Below are positions 8,482-17,349 of a stretch of DNA of 64,000 nt, piece after piece. Source of the DNA: Chloroflexota bacterium. Its GTDB lineage: Bacteria > Chloroflexota > Anaerolineae > Aggregatilineales > Ch27. Both the position numbers and the translations under genes were made by a program. The notes under the pieces are model-generated. The model searched no databases and was not told the DNA's origin. It saw only the letters and a program-made list of their open reading frames with translations. Position 1 is the first letter of the stretch. Each line of letters begins with the position of its first letter. The DNA lies in the NCBI GenBank assembly GCA_019873685.1, contig JAIOAT010000003.1, forward strand, positions 80,543 through 144,542, written 5' to 3'.

Positions 8482-9534
8482 TCAATCGCTGGCAACCAGC
8501 CGGGCGCGCATCAACCTGACATTGTACGGCCCCCACTGCGACATGTTGAAGTAGATGACCTCTCCATCGCTGGCCCAGGGATGCAGGTAAGCGCCGTACA
8601 GGGAAGGATAGTCATCCGCCGAGACCATGATCATCGGCTTGCTCCAGGGGCCGGTCAGTTCCGGGGCCTCGCGCAGGACGATCGCCCGGCGCACCTCATC
8701 CAGGTAGGTCATGATCCAGCGCTGGAGGTAAGCGTTCCAGGCAACCGACAGCTCGCCCACCGGGGCAGAAGCGATCACAGCGGCGTTTTCATGCCCCTCC
8801 ACCCAATCCGTGCCATCCCAGTAGCGGTATGCGTCCATCTCCAGGAACGACTCGGCGGGCACTCGGGCCAGCGCCACACCGGCAAAACGCCCGCCGTGGA
8901 TGCCGAACACATACAGATAGTCCTCCTGCAGCACCAGAGCCGCCTGGCCGAAGTTGGTATCCCCTTCCCAGATAGCGTCAAAGGGCTGCTCCCAGGTCTG
9001 CCCGCCATCGTCCGAGTAGGCCCAGCCGGAACGGTTGAGCGTCCACTCGCCTGGCGGCCCCCATTCCTTAACCGCCATGTAGTGCAACGCCAGTCGATCG
9101 CCGATGGCGACGCCATAGGTAGGGATGACGGTCACATCGTCGCGCCAGCGACGCAGCACCGCCCGCGCCCGACCCTCGGCATCGGTGATCATGCCATCAA
9201 ACGTGATGCCGTCTTCCAGCTCGGTGTCGGTCGTGTAGGCCAGAACGTTATTGCGCCAGTTTTCCCCTCCGGCTCCACCACCCGCCGGACGGCAACAACC
9301 GAAGGTATCGCCAAAGGCGATATACAGCGTATCGTCCAGGGCGAACATGCTGCCCAGGTCAGTACCGTCAACGTCGTAGCGAACATCGGTCTGGCTGGGC
9401 GACTCCGGGCCGGTGACCCAGGCGACAAACTCAACGTCAGTGATCTCGCGCAGGGCGGTGCCCTCCTGGGCCAACGCCGCCGATCCGCCAGCCAGAGCCA
9501 GAACAATGAGCCACAGGATCACACGTAAACGCAT
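8482..9534 (-). CDS. Secreted DUF4185-like protein (CAZy GH183-like putative endo-furanosidase)
   Basis: 350 aa. Signal peptide MRLRVILWLIVLALAGGSAALAQEG. The motifs DVDGTDLG, IAFGDTFG and ENWRNNVLAY match my recollection of DUF4185. The start lies 3 nt after the upstream permease stop. Confidence 0.6.
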   Translation of the reverse strand: MRLRVILWLIVLALAGGSAALAQEGTALREITDVEFVAWVTGPESPSQTDVRYDVDGTDLGSMFALDDTLYIAFGDTFGCCRPAGGGAGGENWRNNVLAYTTDTELEDGITFDGMITDAEGRARAVLRRWRDDVTVIPTYGVAIGDRLALHYMAVKEWGPPGEWTLNRSGWAYSDDGGQTWEQPFDAIWEGDTNFGQAALVLQEDYLYVFGIHGGRFAGVALARVPAESFLEMDAYRYWDGTDWVEGHENAAVIASAPVGELSVAWNAYLQRWIMTYLDEVRRAIVLREAPELTGPWSKPMIMVSADDYPSLYGAYLHPWASDGEVIYFNMSQWGPYNVRLMRARLVASD

Positions 9535-9537
9535 CGC

Positions 9538-10371
9538 CTATCCTTTCAGACCGGTCATCTTGACGCTTTCCACAATAAACCGCTGCAGGCTGAAGAACAG
9601 CAGCAGCGTGGGGATGATGGCGATCACCGACGCGGCCATGATCTGTTCCCAGGCGTTACCATGCTCGCCGGTGAAGGACTGGATGCCCACCTGTACCATC
9701 CGCATATCAGCCCGGTTAGCGGCCACCAGCGGCCACAGGAATGAATCCCAGTTAGCCAGGAAGAAGAACACCGCCAGCGCCGCCATCACCGGGCGGGCCA
9801 GGGGCAGCGCCACATGGTAAAAGACGCCGACCCGCGATGCACCATCAATGCGGGCTGCGTCTTCCAGGTCCTGGGGGATGCCCAGGAAGAACTGGCGTAG
9901 CCAGAAAATGCCAAAGGCGTGCGGAATTGCCGGGATGATCAGCGCCCAGTAGGTGTTCAGCCAGCCCAGTTGCTTGACCAGCAAGGCTAGGGGAATCAGG
10001 ATGGTGTAGAACGGGATCATGAGCGTGCTGATGATCCCGATGAAAATCAACCGCCGCCCCGGAAACTCCAGCCGGGCCAGGGCATAACCGGCCATGGCAT
10101 GCAGGATCAGGGCCACCACCGTCACCGTCGACGCCACCAGGAAGGAGTTGAACATGTAGCGTTCAAACGGCGCCTGGCGGAAGACTTCCTCAAAGTTCTT
10201 CATGGAGAAGTTCGGCGAGATCAGGATGGGCGGGTTGGCGAAAATCTCGTTGGCAGGCTTCAGGGAGCTGGACACCATCCATACAAACGGTCCGGCAAAC
10301 ACGATAGCCAGCACAATTGCGATGAGGTACCAGACACTGATACCCAGAATCTGGCGGGGAGTCTTGTGCAT
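9538..10371 (-). CDS. Carbohydrate ABC transporter permease (CUT1, MalG-like)
   Basis: 277 aa with six predicted TM helices and the EAA loop LEDAARIDGASRVGVFYHVALPLARP. Confidence 0.9.
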   Translation of the reverse strand: MHKTPRQILGISVWYLIAIVLAIVFAGPFVWMVSSSLKPANEIFANPPILISPNFSMKNFEEVFRQAPFERYMFNSFLVASTVTVVALILHAMAGYALARLEFPGRRLIFIGIISTLMIPFYTILIPLALLVKQLGWLNTYWALIIPAIPHAFGIFWLRQFFLGIPQDLEDAARIDGASRVGVFYHVALPLARPVMAALAVFFFLANWDSFLWPLVAANRADMRMVQVGIQSFTGEHGNAWEQIMAASVIAIIPTLLLFFSLQRFIVESVKMTGLKG

Positions 10372-10383
10372 GGCGTTCCTCCT

Positions 10384-11340
10384 CTAGGCTTTGACCTCGC
10401 CGGAACGGAAGTAACGCACCTGAATGAGCGTCAGCACGAAGATCATGGCGAACAGCGCCACCGACATCGCAGCTGCATAGCCGAAGTTCCACTCCCGGAA
10501 GGCTTTCTCGTAGGTGTACATCAACAGGGTGTAGGTGGCATAGGCCGGGCCGCCGCGCGTCATAACGTAAATCTGGTCGAAGGCCTGCAGGGCGTTAATC
10601 GTCAGGATGACCAGCACAAAGAAGCTGGTTGGCTTGAGCAGCGGCAGGATGATATGCCAGAACACCTGGCGGCGGTTAGCACCATCGATCTGGGCCGCCT
10701 CAATGTAATCGCCGGGAATATCCTGGATGCCCGCCAGCAGGATGATCATAAAGTAGCCGGCGCTCTTCCATACAGACACAATGATCACCGAGAGCATGGC
10801 GCTCTGGACGCTTCCGATCCACTGCGAAGTAGGCAGCCCTACCGCGGCCAGCAGCTCGTTGATCAGGCCATTGCCCGGATCGAACATGAAGCGCCAGATC
10901 ACGCCGGCTACCACCAGCGACATGGCCACCGGCATGAAGTACACCGTGCGGAAGAAGTTGTTGCTCCGCGAGCGCCGGGTGAGCAATACGGCCATGCCCA
11001 GACTCAGGGTGTAGACGGCGGGCACAAAGCTGATCGTGTAGAGGATGGTCCGCCCCAGAGCAGCGCCGAATTTGGGGTCCTTGAAGATCGTTTCGTAGTT
11101 GCGCAGCCCGACAAACTGCGGCTCGCCAACCAGCTTCCAGTCGCTAAGGCTGATGATCAGCGCCATGAACATCGGCCCGACGATGAAGACCAGCAGGCCA
11201 ATCAGATCGGGCAGCACGAAGGCATAGCCGACCACCGCCTGCTCCAGCCGGTCGCGATCCATCCCGCTCAGGCGGCCCAGCCAGCCACGCACTCCTCCCC
11301 TGACCGGCGCTTCAACCGTCGTTGGCTTGGTTGTCGCCAT
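10384..11340 (-). CDS. Carbohydrate ABC transporter permease (CUT1, MalF-like)
   Basis: 318 aa with the EAA loop IEAAQIDGANRRQVFWHIILPLLKP. Confidence 0.9.
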   Translation of the reverse strand: MATTKPTTVEAPVRGGVRGWLGRLSGMDRDRLEQAVVGYAFVLPDLIGLLVFIVGPMFMALIISLSDWKLVGEPQFVGLRNYETIFKDPKFGAALGRTILYTISFVPAVYTLSLGMAVLLTRRSRSNNFFRTVYFMPVAMSLVVAGVIWRFMFDPGNGLINELLAAVGLPTSQWIGSVQSAMLSVIIVSVWKSAGYFMIILLAGIQDIPGDYIEAAQIDGANRRQVFWHIILPLLKPTSFFVLVILTINALQAFDQIYVMTRGGPAYATYTLLMYTYEKAFREWNFGYAAAMSVALFAMIFVLTLIQVRYFRSGEVKA

Positions 11341-11417
11341 ATCTGCCTTCCTTCCGACCGATCAAGCAGGTTGCCGGGCACCGGCCCGGCGCCCGGCAAC
11401 CCCGGAACGTGAGTGCG

Positions 11418-12674
11418 TTAGCGAGTCGCCAGGTAGGCGTCGATCTTCTCCGCCCAGGCAGCGACGGCGTCTTCAGGGCTGACGTTGTTGAACATCACGT
11501 CCTGCAGCGCCTCCCAGACAGACTGGGCGATCTCCGGCGGATAGGAAGGCTCTGGCCGCGCGGTGGGGAAGATCTCGTTGGCGAACACGTTGTGCGGGAA
11601 GTTCTCATAGAACTCGGCGTTGTCCGCCACGACCGACTGGCGCGGCGACAGCTTGGTGTTGTACTGGATGCCCCAGGCCGCAGCGCGCGAGTTGTCTTCC
11701 GCACCGAACATGTTGATGGCGAACTCGGCGGCCTCCGCTGGATGCTGCGTACCGGCATAGACCATCACCGTCCAGCCGCCGTACACCGTCTTCAGCTCAT
11801 CGCCCTCGTCAGGCGCAGGGATCGGGGCCACACCCAGATCGGCTACAAACTCTGGATAGTTGGAGTTAATCCAGCCGTAGACCCAGTAGCCGGAGACAAA
11901 CATGGCCGCCTGGCCGGTGGGGAAGCGCTCATCGACCGGGTCGCTGCCAGTGCTGGTCGGCGCGGCATAGCCTTCGCGAATCAGCGTGCCCCACAGGTCC
12001 AGGGCGCGGGCGGCTTCCGGTGTATTGACGGCCGCAGCCGTGAAGTCCTCATTCACAACCTCACCGCCAGCCATCCACAGGAACGGATAGAACACAAAGT
12101 TCTCATAGTAGTCGGGGTTGGTGGGGATCAGGATGCCGTAGCGCTCAGGGGTGGTCAGTTGCTTGGCGGCAGCCACCAGTTCGTCCCAGGTCTTGGGCAC
12201 TTCCAGACCGGCTTCCGCCAGCATGGCCTTGTTGTACCACAGCGCCACCGGTTCCATCTCAAAGGGCACCGAGTAGATGTGGCCGTTCAGCGTCACCGCT
12301 TCCACCGAAGCCGGCAGCAGGTCATCCAGCAGATACTGCGGCATATAGTCTTCCAGCGGCAGCGCCAGGCCGCTTTCCGCATAACGCCGCCAGTCGCCGG
12401 GGCTGATGAAGAAGACATCCGGAGCCTCGCCAGTAGCGATGCCAGTGGTCAGGATTTCGCCGGTATACTGCGCCCACGGGAACTCCTGGCGCTCGACCTG
12501 CAATTCGTGCGTGGCGTTCCACTCGGCAATGTATTCTTCAAAGAACGGATCGACGTCTTCGGCATATTCAAAGGTCCAGAACTTCAGCACATCCTGAGCC
12601 ACAGCCGACGGCAGCGCCGCAGCCAGGAGGGCCACCAGCAGAGCGACGGTGATCAAACGCCAGTACTGCTTCAT
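11418..12674 (-). CDS. Extracellular sugar-binding protein of the CUT1 ABC transporter
   Basis: The track ORF extends to 12755. ATG 12674 has a GGAGGAG RBS and gives the signal peptide MKQYWRLITVALLVALLAAALPSAVAQ. Size and composition are typical of family-1 SBPs. Confidence 0.85.
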   Translation of the reverse strand: MKQYWRLITVALLVALLAAALPSAVAQDVLKFWTFEYAEDVDPFFEEYIAEWNATHELQVERQEFPWAQYTGEILTTGIATGEAPDVFFISPGDWRRYAESGLALPLEDYMPQYLLDDLLPASVEAVTLNGHIYSVPFEMEPVALWYNKAMLAEAGLEVPKTWDELVAAAKQLTTPERYGILIPTNPDYYENFVFYPFLWMAGGEVVNEDFTAAAVNTPEAARALDLWGTLIREGYAAPTSTGSDPVDERFPTGQAAMFVSGYWVYGWINSNYPEFVADLGVAPIPAPDEGDELKTVYGGWTVMVYAGTQHPAEAAEFAINMFGAEDNSRAAAWGIQYNTKLSPRQSVVADNAEFYENFPHNVFANEIFPTARPEPSYPPEIAQSVWEALQDVMFNNVSPEDAVAAWAEKIDAYLATR

Positions 12675-12845
12675 CTTGCTCTCCTCCATAGGTGTCTGAT
12701 AGACATCAACGGGCATCAGGTTCCGCTTCTTTTCTTCGGCGAAAGTTGGGCGCACTCCTCCTTTCCGACCTGAACGATTCCAGACCTGCAGGGGGAATAA
12801 CTGGCTCCGAAGAAAGCAGGCGCGTTACAGCTGCTCTCCTCCCTG

Positions 12846-13883
12846 TCATGAAGGCTGACGGCCTGAGGCCGGGGACGCCCCGGCTGCAGGCACACTTTCC
12901 GGCAGCAACAGCCTGGTCTGCAGCCGCAGCGTGCGGGCCGGCTGTTGCGGGTCATGCATGCGGGCAAAAAGCAACTCTGCCGCCGCCTGGCCCAGTTCAT
13001 AGGTCGATTGTGTAATCAGCGGGATGGGGGGGCACAGGCAGCGGTTCAGAACGGTATCGTCAAAAGCCACCAGGGCAATGTCCCGCCTCGGGTCCAACTG
13101 GCGCACGGCCATCTCGCGCATCACCTCGACGGCCATCAACCCGCTGCAAACCAGCATAGCCGTCGGCGGCTCCGGCGCATCCAGCAGCGTCTGGGCCGCT
13201 TCGCGGGCCTGGCTAGGCCGGAAATCGGTGACCTTGACCAGCCCCGGGTCCACGGGCAGCCCATGTGCAGCCAGCGCCTGCTCGTACCCTTCGCGCCGCT
13301 CCCGGCCCGGCGTCAGGTAATCCGGGCCAGCGATCAGCCCGATGCGGGTATGCCCGTTCGCAATCAGGTAGTCGGTCGCCATGCGACTGGCGCCCACGTT
13401 GTCGGCAAGGACTGTATCCACGTCCAGTCCCTGCAGCTGGCGATCCAGCGCCACAACCGGGACGCCCTGCTCGACCGCCCGGCGCACGGCGACGCAACTG
13501 CGCTCCCCGTCAGAGGCGCAGATGATGATCCCGGCCACGCCCTCCGCCAGCAGCACATCGATGTACCGCGCTTCACGGGAAAGCGAATCGTCGGTATTGC
13601 CCAGCAGGAGGATGTGATCGCGGGCGATTGCCACGTCCTCAATGCCGCGGACGACGGAGACAAAGAAGTTGTTCTGGATATCGGGGATAATCACAGCGAC
13701 GGTCTGGCTGGTCTGGACACGTAGATTGCGGGCCACCCGGTTCGGCCGGTAGCCCAGCTGCTCCACCGCCCTGGCAACCCTGGCCCGCGCCTCCGGGGAG
13801 ACGTTCGGGTGGCCATTGAGCACCCGTGACACGGTGGCGGTGGAAACCCCCGCCAGGACCGCCACATCCTTGACCGTCGCCAT
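12846..13883 (-). CDS. LacI-family transcriptional regulator
   Basis: N-terminal HTH MATVKDVAVLAGVSTATVSRVLNG followed by a periplasmic-binding-protein-like sugar-sensing domain. Confidence 0.9.
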   Translation of the reverse strand: MATVKDVAVLAGVSTATVSRVLNGHPNVSPEARARVARAVEQLGYRPNRVARNLRVQTSQTVAVIIPDIQNNFFVSVVRGIEDVAIARDHILLLGNTDDSLSREARYIDVLLAEGVAGIIICASDGERSCVAVRRAVEQGVPVVALDRQLQGLDVDTVLADNVGASRMATDYLIANGHTRIGLIAGPDYLTPGRERREGYEQALAAHGLPVDPGLVKVTDFRPSQAREAAQTLLDAPEPPTAMLVCSGLMAVEVMREMAVRQLDPRRDIALVAFDDTVLNRCLCPPIPLITQSTYELGQAAAELLFARMHDPQQPARTLRLQTRLLLPESVPAAGASPASGRQPS

Positions 13884-13927
13884 ATAGGTGCGCCTTTGTT
13901 CCAGCCAAAATCTAGTTCATTACGATC

Positions 13928-13956
13928 AGTGTAATCGATTACATCAGGCCTGTCAA
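13928..13956 (-). promoter_or_regulatory. Sigma-70-type promoter of the LacI gene (TTGACA-17-TACACT)
   Basis: Minus strand reads TTGACA (13951..13956), a 17-nt spacer, then TACACT (13928..13933), about 45 nt upstream of ATG 13883. Confidence 0.55.
13930..13943. promoter_or_regulatory. LacI-family operator, perfect palindrome TGTAATCGATTACA
   Basis: 14-bp perfect inverted repeat matching the canonical LacI/GalR operator form TGnAAnCGnTTnCA. It overlaps the spacer and -10 of the LacI promoter. Confidence 0.65.
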
Positions 13957-14133
13957 TCACCCTGGTCCGGAATTTCCCGATGAATCCGCCTAAGAAAAAC
14001 AGGCGTTAATCCAGAACAGGGGGAGGCAGAAATACGCGAACCCGCCGCTGACGTCAGCCTGCGCCGCGCCTGGTCTCACGCTTCGGTCATGCGTCACTTC
14101 ACGGTTGGAGACAGCGAGTCGTTCAGACGTCCG

Positions 14134-14988
14134 CTATGGCCGCCGCCACAGGAAGCGCTCCCCGCATTGCAGCACGGCGTAGGGCACGCCCGCCGCATCC
14201 GCCCGGCGGGTGAATTCGCTGACATCGACGGTGTTGAACGTGAACATGTCGTAGTGGCCGGGGATGACCAGCCGGGGCCTGACGGCCTGCGCCAGCGCCA
14301 CCGCCTCCGCAGCATTCATGTTGGGTGGCACCTGCAGCGCCAGCAGACGCTCGCTGGTGCCGTTGACCGGCAGGAAAGCGATGTCCAGATCAAAGCGCCG
14401 CAGACGCTCCGCCTGACCATCATAGACCAGCGTGTCACCGCTGTGATACAGCCGCAGCCCGTCCATCTCCACCACATAACCCAGGCAGGGGTAACCGCGG
14501 GCCGGATCGTAGTCCAGGCCAGGGTGCGCCGCCGGGATACTGTGCACGGTCAGCGGCCCGATCTGCAGCGTCTCGTCGCCGCGCGTCGGGATCAGGCGCT
14601 CCCGGGCCAGCCCCAGCCCCACCGCATGGTCAACCACTGCCGCCGGGAGCACCAGTCTTGCCTCCGGCGAAGCGGCAAACAGATCGGGCAGCGTGCCGGG
14701 ATCGAGGTGGTCGGAATGTTTGTGGCTGGCGAAGACCCATGTCGCATTGGTGATCTCGCGTCCGCGCAGGGGGGCATCGGTCATCCGGATGTGCGGCTTT
14801 TCCGTCCCGGCGTACTTGGCCGTCAGATGCTCCGAGAGGTACAGGTCAAAGTACACCAGCACAGACGCCGTTTTGACTGCATAGCCGCTCTGCCCCAGCC
14901 ACCAGATGGCTACCTCGCCGGGGCCGGGTCGGGTGGTGTTGATGTCCTGCAGCAATGCCACGCCAGCCTGCCTGGGCTGAATCATCAT
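14134..14988 (-). CDS. MBL-fold metallo-hydrolase (UlaG-like; possible lactonase)
   Basis: 284 aa with the HxHxDH motif (SHKHSDHLD) and later His/Asp ligands. Confidence 0.75.
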   Translation of the reverse strand: MMIQPRQAGVALLQDINTTRPGPGEVAIWWLGQSGYAVKTASVLVYFDLYLSEHLTAKYAGTEKPHIRMTDAPLRGREITNATWVFASHKHSDHLDPGTLPDLFAASPEARLVLPAAVVDHAVGLGLARERLIPTRGDETLQIGPLTVHSIPAAHPGLDYDPARGYPCLGYVVEMDGLRLYHSGDTLVYDGQAERLRRFDLDIAFLPVNGTSERLLALQVPPNMNAAEAVALAQAVRPRLVIPGHYDMFTFNTVDVSEFTRRADAAGVPYAVLQCGERFLWRRP

Positions 14989-15068
14989 ATTCTCTCCGCT
15001 TGTGTTACACTGGTTGCCTGATTATACCGGACTTCACCCCGGCCCAAAGCCTGCCAAAGGAGCAAACC

Positions 15069-16103
15069 ATGACTACCCCGATCCTTCCCACCAGCGTTAT
15101 CGGCTCCTATGCCTGGCCAGCCTGGCTGCACACCGCCCTGGACGCTGCCCGGCGCGGCGAATACGGCCCGGACGACCTGCGCGAAACGCAGGACGACGCT
15201 GTAGACATGGCCGTCCGCGACCAGGAAGACGCCGGCGTGGACATCATCACCGACGGCGAGATGCGTCGGGTAGGCTTCTTTACCGCCGAGTTCTACGGGC
15301 ACATGACCGGCCTGCGGGAATTGCCTCCCCGCCGCAAGGTTGGTGTTGTTGGCCATGACCAGCGAGAGAGCTACGAGGCTGTTGAGCCGATCGCCGCGCC
15401 GGAAGGGCTGGGACTGCTTGAGGAATTCGCCTACGTGCGCACGCGCACGACCCGCCCGATCAAGATGCCGTGCCCCGGCCCGTTCACCCTGGCCGGGCGG
15501 ATCAAGCCCGGCGCGATCTACCGCGACCGCCTCGAGGTGGCCTATGCGCTGGCCGGGATCATCAACCGCGAACTGCGGGCGCTGGTGGAAGCCGGTGTGA
15601 CCTTCATCCAGCTTGACGAGCCATCGTATGCTGTGCATGCGCAGGCAGGCTCCCCGGCGGAATTCGTCCGCCTGTTCAATCAGACCGTCGCCGGGGTAGA
15701 GGCGCGGATCGGGCTGCACCTGTGCTTTGGCAACTACGTGGGCCGTCCGGTCGCCCGGCGCACCTACCGCCCGCTGTTCCCCCACATCCTGGATGTCCAC
15801 GCTGACGAGCTGGCGCTGGAATTCGCCAACCGTGAGATGGCCGAGATCGCGCTGTGGCGGGAATTCCCCTCCGATAAAACCCTGGCTGCCGGGCTGGTCG
15901 ACGTCAAGAACTACTACGTTGAGACGCCAGAGGACATCGCCGAGCGCATCCGCCGCGCCCTGGAGGTCGTCTCGCCGGAGAAGCTGACCATCACCCCGGA
16001 CTGCGGTTTCAGCCAGACGGCTCGCTGGGCAGCCCGCGCCAAGTTGCGGGCGATGGTCGAAGGGACGCGCATCGTCCGCCGCGAGCTAACCGGCACCGCC
16101 TGA
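15069..16103 (+). CDS. MetE-C-terminal-domain-like (cobalamin-independent methionine synthase family) Zn-dependent alkyl-transferase-fold protein
   Basis: The track ORF starts at 14955. ATG 15069 has an AAGGAG RBS. Zn-ligand motifs HLCFGN (HxC) and ITPDCGF. About 344 aa, i.e. the catalytic domain only. Confidence 0.75.
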   Translation: MTTPILPTSVIGSYAWPAWLHTALDAARRGEYGPDDLRETQDDAVDMAVRDQEDAGVDIITDGEMRRVGFFTAEFYGHMTGLRELPPRRKVGVVGHDQRESYEAVEPIAAPEGLGLLEEFAYVRTRTTRPIKMPCPGPFTLAGRIKPGAIYRDRLEVAYALAGIINRELRALVEAGVTFIQLDEPSYAVHAQAGSPAEFVRLFNQTVAGVEARIGLHLCFGNYVGRPVARRTYRPLFPHILDVHADELALEFANREMAEIALWREFPSDKTLAAGLVDVKNYYVETPEDIAERIRRALEVVSPEKLTITPDCGFSQTARWAARAKLRAMVEGTRIVRRELTGTA

Positions 16104-16126
16104 CCCATGCCGACCCCAAAACAGAA

Positions 16127-16152
16127 AGAGCGTCCCATCAGCGGGGCGCTCT
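16127..16152. terminator. Hairpin between convergent genes (better terminator on the minus strand)
   Basis: 10-bp stem AGAGCGTCCC/GGGGCGCTCT (one G-U) with a 6-nt loop. On the minus strand it is followed by UUCUGUUUUGGGG. Confidence 0.5.
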
Positions 16153-16183
16153 TCGATCTGCGCATTGCTTTTCAGCGTTGTCG

Positions 16184-17332
16184 CTACGACACCGCCACCC
16201 AGCGGCGCTCCTGTGCGCTGCGCTGGATCGCGTCACACAAAGCGATCTCGGCGTGCCCATCAGCAAAGGTGGGGAATGGCGCGGGCGCGCTGTAGTCCCC
16301 TGCCGCAATGTAATCGTAGACCGCCCTGAACAGCTGCTTAAACGTGTCCGGGTAACCTTCCGCATGGCCGCCAGGGTAACCGGCCACCTTCCGCGCCTCC
16401 GCGCCCAGCAGCGAGGGGTCCTTGGCCACGACGCCGTTTGGCCCGTCGCGACGCCCGATCCACAGCTCGTTGGGATTCTCCTGTTGCCAGGCCAGCGACG
16501 CCTGGGAACCGTTGATCTCCCACTGCAACTGGTTCTTGTGCCCGGCGCTGACCTGCGACACCGTCAGCACGCCGCGCGCGCCATTGCTGAACTCCAGCAG
16601 GATCGAGGCGTAATCCTCCGTAGCGATCGGCACTTCGACGGCGTCCTGGGCTGTCTCCAGCTTGTTGGCAAAGGTATCCACTTCGCGGGCTGGCTTCAGG
16701 CGGGTGGGGACGATCGTCGCCAGGTCGGCCATTACCGCCGTGACTTTGAGGCCGGTGATCCAGGTCACCAGGTCGAACCAGTGCGTGCCGATATCCGTGA
16801 CGGCGCGCATAGCTCCGCCCTGGTCCGTTTCCAGCCGCCAGTTCCAGTCGGTCCTGTACAGCAGCCAGTCCTGCAGGTAGTGGCCGTGAATCAACCGCAC
16901 CTCGCCCAGTTCGCCCGCCCGGACGCGGTTGCGAGCCTCGTGGCAGAGGGGATAAAAGCGGATGTTGTAGTTCACCGCGCCAACCCGTCCGGTCTCCTGC
17001 GCCAGGCGCACCAGTTCAGCGGATTCCGCGCTGGTGACCGTCAGCGGCTTTTCGCAAATGACATGTTTGCCGCTCTGCAGCGCCGCCTTGACCATCCCGT
17101 AGTGCAGGTAATTCGGCGTGCAGACATGCACCACATCAATGTCCGGGTCGCTCACCAGCTCGGCCAGGTTCGCGTAGGCGGCGTCCAGCCCGTATTTGTG
17201 GACGCCCGCCTCCGTCTCTTCCGGGGTCACGCCCAGGCATCCCACGACCTCGATCCCCAACCGGCGCAGCGCCTCGATGTGGGTGCCCCCCATGAAGCCC
17301 AGCCCGATCACTGCTGCCCGCAAACCGTTCAT
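16184..17332 (-). CDS. Gfo/Idh/MocA-family NAD(P)-dependent oxidoreductase
   Basis: 382 aa with the N-terminal Rossmann motif [19 protein letters not shown] and EKP (ICEKPLTV). Confidence 0.85.
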   Translation of the reverse strand: MNGLRAAVIGLGFMGGTHIEALRRLGIEVVGCLGVTPEETEAGVHKYGLDAAYANLAELVSDPDIDVVHVCTPNYLHYGMVKAALQSGKHVICEKPLTVTSAESAELVRLAQETGRVGAVNYNIRFYPLCHEARNRVRAGELGEVRLIHGHYLQDWLLYRTDWNWRLETDQGGAMRAVTDIGTHWFDLVTWITGLKVTAVMADLATIVPTRLKPAREVDTFANKLETAQDAVEVPIATEDYASILLEFSNGARGVLTVSQVSAGHKNQLQWEINGSQASLAWQQENPNELWIGRRDGPNGVVAKDPSLLGAEARKVAGYPGGHAEGYPDTFKQLFRAVYDYIAAGDYSAPAPFPTFADGHAEIALCDAIQRSAQERRWVAVS

Positions 17333-17349
17333 CCCTGCCCCCTCCCCTG

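Noticed and set aside
7792-9528. 578-aa plus-strand ORF, plus many other long antisense ORFs (e.g. 10099..11412, 11322..12773, 30023..31186, 33142..34419, 37802..39289, 40453..42300, 43005..44435, 46053..47510, 52627..53835, 54714..55667)
   Set aside because: These are shadow ORFs typical of high-GC DNA. Their compositions are Arg/His/Gln/Pro-rich with no motifs, and each lies opposite a gene with strong family signatures and an RBS.
12693-12705. Palindrome TGTCTGATAGACA just upstream of the SBP RBS as a second LacI operator
   Set aside because: It has odd-length symmetry and no CG core, so it does not fit the LacI-family consensus seen at 13930..13943. It sits between the RBS region and an unknown promoter and could be chance.
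14955-15068. N-terminal extensions offered by the ORF track for many genes (e.g. 14955, 19274, 20160, 36777, 42924, 46091, 47573, 51625, 60310 starts)
   Set aside because: In each case an internal ATG has a clear Shine-Dalgarno sequence and yields a canonical N-terminus (signal peptide or conserved family start). The extension overlaps the neighbouring gene or has atypical composition.
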